A stretch of 64,000 nt of DNA. It comes from Octopus vulgaris. Taxonomy: Eukaryota. The DNA is taken from positions 135,036,001-135,100,000 of the forward strand of contig OX597815.1 of assembly GCA_951406725.2 (NCBI GenBank), written 5' to 3'. Position 1 is the first letter of the stretch; every line of letters begins with the position of its first letter. The notes below the pieces were generated by a model. The model made no database searches, was not told the DNA's origin, and saw only the letters and a list, made by a program, of their open reading frames with translations. A program made the translations under genes and the position numbers. Below are positions 38,960 through 50,276 of the stretch, one piece after another.

Positions 38960-39480
38960 TGTTCACATCTGTTGGGTAGCTAACCTTTATGACTGTACAT
39001 GACTTTTCTTTTCTGTCTCAGATTACATTGTCAGGTATGTTGTATTTGCACTGATGACATTTTTGAGCAGCTGATGATGACATGTGTTATATCCTCCACA
39101 GAAGAGAGTGACATAACTGACATTTGAGGTTGCATCTTGAGATTTTAAGAGCTTTACTGTTCAATTTGCTCAAGAAATATTTCATGCCTATCACCTGCTC
39201 TTGGATTGCAAAAGTATAGTCATCTAGATGTGATGTAATGTAGCTGTCTTATGTGCATGAGAAGCTACACTTAATGTTAATATTGTCGTCCCTTTCAAGT
39301 TTAGGGGAAATTACTCATGCATAACCTTTGATGAGGCATGTGAGCCCTGCACTTCTGGGTTCATATAAGAGGTCATCAGAATGTGAGTGGCTTTTGAGGA
39401 TTTCATTACTGAACTGCAGGATGTTACTCACTCCACTTTTGAGCTCTTGGTTGATGTATTTACTCTTGCTACTATGTTTA
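38960..39480 (-). mobile_element. R4/Dong-clade non-LTR retrotransposon fragment (CCHC zinc-knuckle region)
   Basis: ITSHLDDYTFAIQEQVIGMKYF..KCQLCHS/SVEDITHVIISCSKMSS with one frameshift; cf. AIQEQ.I.T..Y..CRLC....E.I.HI.S.C. Confidence 0.75.
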
Positions 39481-40756
39481 GAAAGTATTGTTTGAGCAAT
39501 GTCATATGACACTCAAAAGCAGCCTGTATGGATATTGAATATGCAGTGTAGGATATTGTCTTTAGTTAGTCTATCATTGTTCACAATACCGTTGTTGAAT
39601 ACATTTTCATCAATGTATGTGTGCATATGTTTGCACGTGTGTGTGAGTGTTTTGGCACAAATAAAATTGTGCAAACAATAAAGAGAAATGAGAGTATTCA
39701 ATATAAACAGACTGGACAGTATTTTCAACCTTAATGTATAATACTAGCGGACATAAAATTAATTCATATAATTTAGATATCAGTTAAGTCAACATTGGTA
39801 TTGAAAATATGTAGAAGTATATGAAACTGAGTTAAGTACCCCGGCTAGAGGATCTACTGAACTATTTACTCACTTACATCAGTAAGTAGGTGAGTATTTG
39901 ACAGTATACATCCTCTTAACAGAAACAGTAAGATAAAGCATGTAACAAAGCTGGCCCTATGAATTACAAGTACAATCCATGAGATGGTATTCCATACTGT
40001 TTTTGTAGAAGATGTTTGCCCAATGTGTTAATCAGAAGAATTGAATCTGGGACCCCATGATTGTAAAACAAACTTCTTAATCACTTGAACATGTGGTGAC
40101 CACACATACACACACACACACACACAAGGAATGGGAAACATGTGTGTATCTATATATTTTTGCTTTTATGCATATATTTTTATGTATGCGGACAAGTGTG
40201 TGTATTGATATACAAGGAGGGTGTTAGAAAGAGATATCAAGAATGAGAAGGGGAGGGGGTATGACAGGAGGAAGAAAGAAATGATAACAGGAAGGAAGTA
40301 GCAAAGCAAAATAGAGAGAGGGGTAGACAAGACATGAAGAAAGAAAAATGTTCTAAGTAATGGAATTTACCAAGAGAATGTTAATGAAGAAAACAGCAGA
40401 CACATAATTATTGTGTGATTCTTACAGGGAAGAGATGAACTTTTCAGAATGTATACACATATGTATGGGTGTATTCATGTATATATGTGCATGCGTGTGT
40501 GCACACACACACACCCACAAACAATGAATATAGAAATTAGTACATCTGCATATATTTTTATTTATACAATCAATTATATAAGCATATTTGATTTACCAGT
40601 TACTTTTGATTGGTTATTTCCAACTGGATTACAACTGAGTCTTCATACTGAGTCCATCTGGATATTTTATCCCTATTTATTCATTGTGTGTATTATATAT
40701 ATATAATAAGGGTATATAAGTATGTGTATATATATATATATAATAAGGGTATGTAA

Positions 40757-40798
<42 letters not shown>

Positions 40799-40836
40799 GC
40801 ACACACATTCAAATGAATCTTGCTTGTATATACAGA

Positions 40837-41036
40837 TTCTTTTACTTATTTCAGTAATTTGACTGTGGCCATGCTGGAGCACCACCTTTAGTCGAGCCAA
40901 TCGACCCCAGGACTTATTCTTTGTAAGCCTAGTACTTATTCTATCGGTCTCTTTTTCCGAACTAAGTTACAGGGACGTAAACACACCAGCATCGGTTGTC
41001 AAGTGATGTTGGGGGGACAAATACAGACACACAAAC

Positions 41037-41067
<31 letters not shown>

Positions 41068-41230
41068 CGATGGGCTTCTTTCAGTTTCCGTCTACCAAAT
41101 CCGCTTGCAAGGCTTTGGTTGGCCCAAGGCTATAGTAGAAGACACTTACCCAAGTTGCCACGCAGTGGGACTGAACCCGGAACCATGTGGTTCGTAAGCA
41201 AGCTACTTACCACACAGCCACTCCTACACC
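40837..41230 (-). mobile_element. tRNA-derived SINE family A, full length
   Basis: Reverse complement of 20990-21400 over the whole length. Confidence 0.92.
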
Positions 41231-43311
41231 TTAGATTGGTAACGAAATAAAAGAAAATGTACTCAATACATGTTGTAGAGTATATTTTAATTGCTGATGC
41301 CAACTAACAGTTAGTTTTTGCAAGTTACACTTCTTCAGGCAGTAAACATGCACACACACACACACACGATTACATGTGTGTGTGTGTGTGTGTGCATGTT
41401 TAAAGTATATTTCATTTCACTTAATTATGTGTATATGTTATACCTTCATGTGTGTATACACACATATATGAATATGTACAGAAGTATATACATACATTTA
41501 ATTAGATATTTTATACATTATGTATTTGTATACAAAATGTAGACACACACACACACACACACAAAAAACACTTTACACACAATTATTTAGATATACAAAT
41601 CTAAATATTTATAAATAGATTTACATGGATATAGAATATATGCACCTATGTATTCATATATTATACATTTATATAAATAGATACGTGCACATTGAAAAGA
41701 GAAAAAAAAAACTATAGATAAAAAAAAAATCAGGACAGCGATAGAGATATACAGATGCTTATGCATAGTATCATGCACAAAAATATGCACACCCATGCAT
41801 TTACAACTGTACAGATGCACACATGTCTGAAGCCACAAGCACTCACACACATACATGGATATACGCATAAATACACAACCTCGGTTAACAATATATACAG
41901 CCACGTACTACCATAAATAAATACACAAGCACTGACTGAGTAACCAGAAAAGTATCTCTGGTTGTTGTTGTAGTTGTTGTTATTGCAGTTACCAGTTTTA
42001 GAGCCAAAATGTGGAAGTTTAAATAGTTTGTCTGATTTCAGTATCTAAAAAAAAAAATATAAACAAGAACAACAAAATAAACAAGAATCATTTTTGCTTG
42101 TCCATTGTTGAAAAATGTAAGGTTTTCCATTTACCACCACAGTTGTTTGTTATAGTCACCACCACCACCACCACCACAATAATGATTATCAGATCTTCAT
42201 TATTGCCACTGATACACCACTACTATGACAACAACCAACATCATAACAATAATCACCTTTATAGCAATCATAATCACCACTTTCACCATCTCTGTGACAT
42301 CTATCTTTATCACTTTACTACCATTACCGTTTTCTATATTATTCTCTGTGCTTGCATGAATTCCATGAATCTTACATATATATATATATTATTTCATTGT
42401 AATTTTATCCCTTATTGTCAATGCTACCACCACCTTTTCAACCCTCTTTTGTTAATCCACCCATCCATTTTTTTTCCCTCTCTTACTGACATCTGCAGTT
42501 TGCATTGAGTTCATAAGGAGTGGACAGGCCTAAAGAAGTGTGACAGACTTGTTCCAACTCTTGACAGTGTCAGAAGTATCTGATATTGTCAGAATGATTA
42601 CAAAGACCACCACAATTATCATCAAACTTTTTACCAAATTCAAATTTTTCTTCTTTCCCCGATGCATACTTGCACAGAACAATAAAACTGACAGCCTCCT
42701 TCAGAGATTGCAGTTTTCCTTTTTTTTTATTTACTTCATGCGTGCGTGTGTGTTTGTTTGTCATTGGAAAGATAAATGTTCAATTCAACATTTACCAAGG
42801 CTTATGTGTTGTTGTTGCTGTTGTTTCACTACACGTCAACCTTGATCGAACAGACCTGTGATCAAAGGCATTCCAGCTATGATCATAAGTCATTTTAGGT
42901 TTATGTAGGACAGCATTATCTATTGCAGCCTTTTCTTGTTTAAGATGTTATGATGTGATTTGGCTGCTTGCTACAGCTCACAGATCAAATGACCACAAAG
43001 AGATACACTTGATGTTACATATGATATGTAATAGTACAAGTCAAGGTTTCCTATTTTTCCATGTACTGCACTAACATTTAATCGCCAGCAGATATGTATA
43101 TCAAGTGTCTAAAGTTTCTCTACATGTTCTCAGCACATCAGGGCTCCAATCTAGCATCATAAATTTTTTTTCTGTAAGTGATGCATTTTTGAACATTGTT
43201 ATGGGTTTCCAGTGGACCATTCACAAGTCTAGTGTATTTCCATTGCTGAGATTGACAAAGGAGAGACTGTGACTGAAACAAATAAAAACTGCACACACTC
43301 ATTCTCGCATG

Positions 43312-43342
<31 letters not shown>

Positions 43343-43774
43343 GCTTCCACACTTTCCATCTGCTAGATTGATCTCAAAGTAATCCACAGTAGGATTGAAA
43401 TCACATGGTTGTAAAACAAACATTTTAACTACAAAGACATGTCTACCAACAGAACTTACATGTATCACCAGGTCTAGTGGTCTAGAAGATCAAAGTCAAT
43501 CTTGAGGGTCCTGATTATACGTTTAGTGACAGAAGTAATCATTATCTTCAGTGCCACTGTCAGAATTGACACCGCTAATGAAAGTGTCTCAGTACCTCAA
43601 CCTGTTAGAAATAGCAACTCATTCTCCAACAAACTACATTCCACCATCTTGAATAAGGAAGAGATACATTAGACAATGCAGTCTCAGACACCCCACAAAA
43701 GTGGGATGAAGACAGGAAAGATGACGCTAACGATGACATTAACAAACTAAAGAACTTATTAGTTTTTCCATTGT

Positions 43775-44378
43775 TGTCGATGATGTCCAAGGACACCACA
43801 TGAAAGAAGAAGACAGAGTATGGTGTGTTTGGCTGTGGCCAATCAGTCCAGTGTATAATTGGAAGGCTCTACAGCAGGTTGAGCACTGTGATCTGTTGGG
43901 ACTGAAGGAGTTGGCTCTGGACTTTCATAGTTCGTATTTTCTTTGTGCCCCTGAAATCCTGTTTGTAGGAAGTGGCACCTCTGTTTGTGACATCTCTGTT
44001 TGTTCTGTTTTCTAGGAAGTGGCACCTCTTGAGATGCATCTTAGCCAGACAGGGTGGTCTTGTGCTTCTGTTTCACAGGTGTTGGGGTTGGTCTCAAAGT
44101 CCTTCAGTGAGCCTTTGAGTGTGTCCTTGAAGTACTTTTTCTTGTCCACCTTGCATGTACTTGCACTCTGCCAGTCTCTTGAGGCATTGTGTGTCAGGCA
44201 TTTAAACAAGGATAGTTTATGAATGTCATACCAAAAATCTAAACTTATTCCACATGGAGTGCCTGAAAAAGCTGTTGGAAATCACCTAGCAAGACAAGAA
44301 TCCCAGACACAGAAATCCTCTCTGGAACTGATCTGCCAAGCATTTACACACTGCTGTGGAAAGCACAAGTCAGGTGAG
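43775..44378 (-). mobile_element. RTE-clade LINE 3' end with an inverted 5' segment
   Basis: Minus 44205-43775: MPD..KYFKDTLKGSLKDF..AQDHPVW..C.TCCRAF...GLIGH. Plus 44210-44378: IVYECHTKNLNLFHMECLKKLLEIT*QDK.PDTEIL..LPSIYTLLWKAQVR. Confidence 0.88.
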
Positions 44379-45449
44379 CAAACAAAAACTAAATGTTTGT
44401 TGGATGTCAAACTTGACCTGGTGCTAAACAGTAAAACTATTTCAAGACTCTGTTCTTCTCAGCTGCCATGATACTGGCATCAAAGAGGTCTAGTGCCATT
44501 TAAATCAGATTTCACCATTTCTTAGTTTTCTGAAGAAAATACCAGAAGCATTAAACAAGAAATGGAACACTGCAAGAGAGTTATCTTGCTCTTATTGTTT
44601 AATTGAGTGAGCAAGAAAAAGCTAGTGATTAAATGTTACAAACATTCAATTAGAATAATTTGTTAGAAGAAAAATAGATAAATAAATAAAATAACAATTA
44701 TACTATGCCAACATGAGCAGATTTTAATTTATCAAAAATACATATTTCTTATATCTTTATATATTTCATTTGTAATATCTAATATTTACTTAGGAATATC
44801 TTTTGTTCTTTTTTTTTTTTAAATATTATTTCCATCAAAATCTGCATTTTAAAATCAATTTCAAAGTCATATAATCTTATCTATTAAGATATTTCTAATA
44901 TAATTTTCATATTGTTACTTGGTTGGCCATCATGAGGAAGATAGTGATGATTGGCAGAATGATCACTAGGAAAATATTTCAATGCAAATCATTATGACAA
45001 GACCATCTTTCCAACCATCAAAGCTAAAGACAGCATCCACGTGATTTATTATTTCATGCATGCTACATATAAGATAGAGGAGTGAAACCCTAAGAGAATT
45101 ATATAAATAACGCAACATGCAACACTCCTATAGATAAAGTTTCTCTAATCATCTGTCATAAAACACAAATATCAAAAAGAAAAAGAAGTATAAGTCTAAG
45201 GAATATTACAGGTGTGATTTAAGCAATCAATGAATGTAATGCATTGCTTTCAATCTAACAACTGCAGTTAGAAATTTCAAGACAAAACTGTTTACCTAGA
45301 TTGCAGTAGCACCATGCTTACCATAAACTGATCATTCATCAGCAGCAATACTCTGTGGTATCATACTACAAAACAAATTACTATTAATAACTATTCAAGC
45401 ATCTCTATAATACAAGCAATATATAAATATATGCATATATACATACAGA

Positions 45450-45460
45450 TATGTACACAC

Positions 45461-45492
<32 letters not shown>

Positions 45493-45790
45493 GCATATAT
45501 GGATACAGGACATAAAACAAATGTAAACAAAATGAGAAACAAAAACATAGAAAACGAACGTTTCCCGAACACGAAAAAACAAACAGAGAAACGAGACATG
45601 CAACATAAAGAACATTCCCTTCATCAGTTGTCCCTTGTTTTATCTACTCCGCATTTCGAAGGTAAGGACAAGATGCAACTTTGTTTCTATGTTTTTTCTG
45701 TTTTCGTTTCTCATTTTGTCTACGTTTTTATGATGTCCTGTACTCATATATGCATGTATATACACATATATATATGTAGGTATGTACATA
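45450..45790. mobile_element. (TA)n-associated fold-back element (Penelope-like end, inferred)
   Basis: Arms ATACATGCATATATGGATACAGGACAT..ACAAAATGAGAAAC versus GTTTCTCATTTTGT..ATGTCCTGTACTCATATATGCATGTAT; core CCCTTCATCAGTTGT..TTTATCTACTCC..CATTTCGA shared with 47094-47419. Confidence 0.7.
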
Positions 45791-46339
45791 TATACATATA
45801 TTTATACATTATTTATATTATTATATGATCGAACACCATGCATACTTTTCCAAGTAAGTTTCATCTCTATAATCATTGTTATTGCATGATATTGAGGCCT
45901 TTTGTATGATTTACATCTAAATCTCTTTTTGACAAATTATTTAAAATTTAAAAAAAAAAAAAGAAAAAACTTCTTATATTAAGAACTGAAGTTTATAACA
46001 GCATGCTGATGATAACAGCTACTTGACCACACACCTAGGACACAAATCAAATATTGGAGTCCAGCCGTATCTGCATAACTAGTATGCTGGAATTAGAAGT
46101 TGCACTAAAATATTCAATTCTCAACTAAAAAATGTTATTCCACAACAGTGACAACTCACATTTACCTCATTTAATATAATACTGAAATACATTTCAAATC
46201 CAATGTTAACAATGTTAAAACAAACACTATACAGATAAATAGAGTCTTTTTAAACATCCCTTGTTATATGATTAGAAAATACTGTACCTAATGTTAACAA
46301 AAACAAAAGTAGGTGAAAATAATCAGGGTGGAGCAGAGC

Positions 46340-46790
46340 TCTGTTTTCCTACTTACTAAAACTTTGAGGTCTTTTGATTCCATACTTTGCTTCTATAACT
46401 GAAATTTCTGTTCTAATTCTACTACAGATTCAGTCATAGGAATGAGGTCATCAGTATAAAGGAACTTACCAGCTTTAAAACTCCACTGTTATGGCCTGGA
46501 GGTCTCTGAGAATTGAACCCTGGTGAACACCTCCATGTACACTAGATTCATTGCTATACAACTTATTGGAAGCACATCTGTATGACACAAGATATTTGTA
46601 TGCCACTAGCTTCTGCAACAACCACCAAATCACAGAGCGAGGGACCCCTCCTGTCAAAAGCTTTCTCTAGGTCGATGAATGCTAAGTACAGTGGCTTACT
46701 TTTTGTTAAGTACTTTTGCAGTTGTTTCACTTCAAAGAGACTAGTTGTAGTACTTGCCCTGAGAGGAAACAAAGCTGCATCTTATCTAGT
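46340..46790 (-). mobile_element. RTE-clade RT fragment
   Basis: VKQLQKYLTKSKPLYLAFIDLEKAFDR..GVHQGSIL..LYTDDLI. Confidence 0.88.
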
Positions 46791-46916
46791 CAAACTCACT
46801 CTCTCTAACAAATCAAGTTATAATTCTTTTGTAATTTTCACACACACACACACACACACATTATATATGTGAAGATAAATAATAAATAATATAATATATA
46901 TATATATATATATATA

Positions 46917-47068
46917 TTTAATGTAGGATAACATTTTTTTCCGAAAAAAAAAATTTATCAATGGCCAGCATATTAAAAAATACCTTTAAAGATTAAAATT
47001 ATAAACAACTTATAAATAAGGGCAAACAAAATTAGAAATTTTTTCGTTTGCCCTTATTTATAACTTAT
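46917..47068. repeat. (TA)n-embedded AT-rich element with terminal hairpin
   Basis: TTATAAATAAGGGCAAACAAAA / TTTTCGTTTGCCCTTATTTATAA; shares TTTATCA..TGGCCA.CAT..AAAAAATA.CCTT with 61277-61520. Confidence 0.65.
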
Positions 47069-47093
47069 ATATATATATATATATATATATACT

Positions 47094-47415
47094 TGCATAT
47101 ATGGGTACTGGACGTCACCAGCAATGCAAATAACATGAAATATGTAAACAAATGAGTGAAATACGTGAAGAATGAGAAAAAAATGGGAAACAGAACAAGT
47201 AAACACAGAGAAAAGACCCTTCATCAGTTGTTGACTGTTTATCTACTCCTCCTCATTTCGAGCAGTTGTTGAATGCTCAAAATAAGGAGTAGGTAGACAA
47301 CCAACAACTAATGAAGAGTCTTTTCTGTGTGTTTACATGTCCTGTTTTCCATTTTTTCTCATTGTTCACATATTTCATGTTATTTGCACTGCTGGTGATG
47401 TCGTGTACCTATATA

Positions 47416-47419
<4 letters not shown>
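47094..47419. mobile_element. (TA)n-embedded fold-back element with ~150-170-bp arms
   Basis: TGCATATATGGGTAC..CCCTTCATCAGTTGTTG..GAGCA, 9-nt loop, then a diverged reverse complement ending GTACCTATATATGCA. Confidence 0.8.
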
Positions 47420-47460
<41 letters not shown>

Positions 47461-49157
47461 TATTATATTATATATGCTTATTTATAAAAGTGTTTATTTC
47501 TATGTGTGTGCATATATATATATAAACACACTTTTATATGCATCATCATCATATCCACTTTTCCATACATGCATGAGTTAGATGAGAGTACACTGAGTTT
47601 TATACATACATACATATATACATACATTTTTGTAATGTAAGTGCACCTACCTTAACCTTTGTTAAGTATTCCACTTGTCTGATAAATGGAATGGCATATT
47701 CATCATTACTATCATTACTTAACGTCTGTCTTCCATGCTGGCATGGTTTGGACAGTTTGACAGGAGCTTGCAAGCTAGGGGACTGGATTAAACTCCATCT
47801 ATTTTGGAATGGTTTTTGTGGTTGGATGCCCCTTCCACTGCCAATCGCTCTATTGAGTTAACGGGTAAATGACTGAATATTTCTCAAAAACATGCACCCT
47901 TCATGTAAGTCTCAATGATAACCAGCATGACTAAGTGACAAGGCCAAGTCTCTGAATTATGGTTATAGTCCTTCTAAAGACTTTCCAACAGCTTCCATTG
48001 ACTCAATTTCATTTACAAAGCTTGGTTCAACCCAAAGCTATTGTAAAAGCCACTTACTTAAAATGCTGTGCAGTGGGCTTGAACTCAGGCCCTCAAAGCT
48101 GTGAAATGATATTCTTAACCCTTTGGCCAAACCAGCATCTAAATAAAGCCTGCCCCATACACATTTAGACATACCCACACCCATACACAGATACACTTAG
48201 ATACAAACACTCAGTATATGCTTAGATATATGCACGCACAGTGAGATACTCAGATATAAACATTCAAAACAATTTCGCATGTGTGTAATTTGTGACAATA
48301 ACTTTAAATGTTCACATTTGTAAAAATATAATTAAATTCCCCCCCAAAAAACCAAAAAAAACAAGCAATGAAAGAAAGCATGATGGAGAGAAAAAGAGGA
48401 AAATGAAAGAGCATGGAAAAAAGGAAAGAGAGGGAGAGAGAGAGAGAGGAGTGAGACTAACATGCAGACAATAAAACTGAGAGATAAAAATGGAAGTTGT
48501 CTGAACAGAGGTCAAGACTTCTGATAAGCTTCATTTGGAAACAAATGAGCAAAGAAAAATTGAAACCAAGCTCATCAATTTTTCTTTCTCCCCCCTTCAG
48601 CTGAATAAATTCGATAAAAGCTCCCCCATCATCATCCTTGTTTCAAGCCAAATGTTGTTGCTATGATCAGTTACTCGTTATTCTCCCCCAGCTTCCACTG
48701 TCCACACTACTATCACTATTATCATCACCAAAACCTTATTCATTATAATTAGTGGCGACATTATTTCTATGTAAAAGTACTTGCTTCACAAAATATATTT
48801 TTTACTAATCTCTAAAATATTTTAATCACATGTTTTTAGTCTTAAACATTTGAAGAGAGCACTCTCACTCCACAACAACAAAAACTGAACGATTAATTCT
48901 AGGGTGCTCAATGAAGGCTCTGATAGATCAGCTGCTTTTGTGCCATAGATCCTCTGCAACAGAAGAATTGTTTGTTAATATGCCATGATGATTTAAAAAA
49001 GGAAAAAAAAAATTTTAGTCAGGAGATAAGTGCCATGCCTATGACATGACAAGAATTCTATGACTGATGGGGGAGAGTGAAGAAGATATCCTTAAAGTAG
49101 ATATCCTTACCTTGGATGCTTATATTAGTAGAAGGAAAATGAAAAAATAAAATAAAT

Positions 49158-49395
49158 GCGCCCTTTTAAAGCCTAGCCAGGCTCATGGGCCCGGTTTCCC
49201 AGTTTCTATGGCATATATGTTCCTCAGCTGGACGGGACACCAGTCCATCACAGCGTTACTCATTTTTGCCAGCTGAGTAGACTGGAGCAACATGAAATGA
49301 AATGTTTTGCTCAAGAACACAATGTGTTGCCTGATCCAGGAGTCAAAACCACAATCTTACAATCATGATGCTGACACCCTAACCACTAAGCCACG
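49158..49395 (-). mobile_element. tRNA-derived SINE family C, CpG-decayed copy
   Basis: Colinear with 31024-31249 but with CG to TG/CA changes. Confidence 0.9.
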
Positions 49396-49569
49396 AAAGT
49401 GAGATGAAACTTGTTAGGGATAAAACTGAAAACTAAGTGAACAACAATTAGTGAGTGTACTTACAGGCAAATGTAACAATAATTAAACCTTCACTTTTGG
49501 TGTATATGAAGCTGGTGTTTGGAACATAACAAATAGATCTTTGATAAAATTATGATGGAATATTCTTAT

Positions 49570-50276
49570 TTAACCCTTTAGTATTTGCATTATTCTGCCA
49601 AAATTAATGCTTTTTTTATCCACATTGTTTTGAACTAATCATGCATTATCTTGTAGCTATGAGATTTTGATGAGGTAGCTGTTAATTTTTAAAACGATAT
49701 TGTAGGGTTGGTGTGAGACACCAGATCTGGCTAGTTTGAACATAAAACAGGCAGAATACTTTTGGCTGGATATGGCCGGTTTAAATGCTTTAACCCTTTT
49801 GTTACTGTATATATTTTGAGATGCTCTGTGTTTCTTTCAATTACTTTAAATGAAACAAAGAATTTAGTGTTAGGAACATAAATTGTGGCTAAGGTTTAGT
49901 GGAAGATTTGAATTCAAAACTTATGAAAACAAGACATTTGTATTCAGAGCCAGAGCCGGTTTCAGCCGGGTTGGTAACAAAAGGGTTAAGATGATGATTT
50001 TGTAGCATAAAACCAAAAGTGGTTTCTGTCCATTAAGTGTGACAAGGGTTTAATCCTTTAGCATTTAAACTGACCACATCCGGCCAAAACAGTTCACCTG
50101 ATTTATGTTCAAACTGGCTAAATCTAGCCTCTCACGCTAACCTTACAATACCATTCTAAAAATTAACAGTTACTGCATCAAACTCTCAAAGCTACAAGAT
50201 AATGCAAATCAATTCAAAACAATGAGAATAAATAAACATTATATTTGACAGAATAATGTGAATACTAAAGGGTGAA
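49570..50276. mobile_element. Cluster of piggyBac-like TTAA MITEs
   Basis: Element A 49574-~49789 (TTAA|CCCTTTAG..GGCCGGTTTAAATGCT, right end truncated); element B 49794-49985 (TTAA|CCCTTTTGTTAC..GTAACAAAAGGG|TTAA); inverted copy of A at 50054-50272. Confidence 0.85.
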
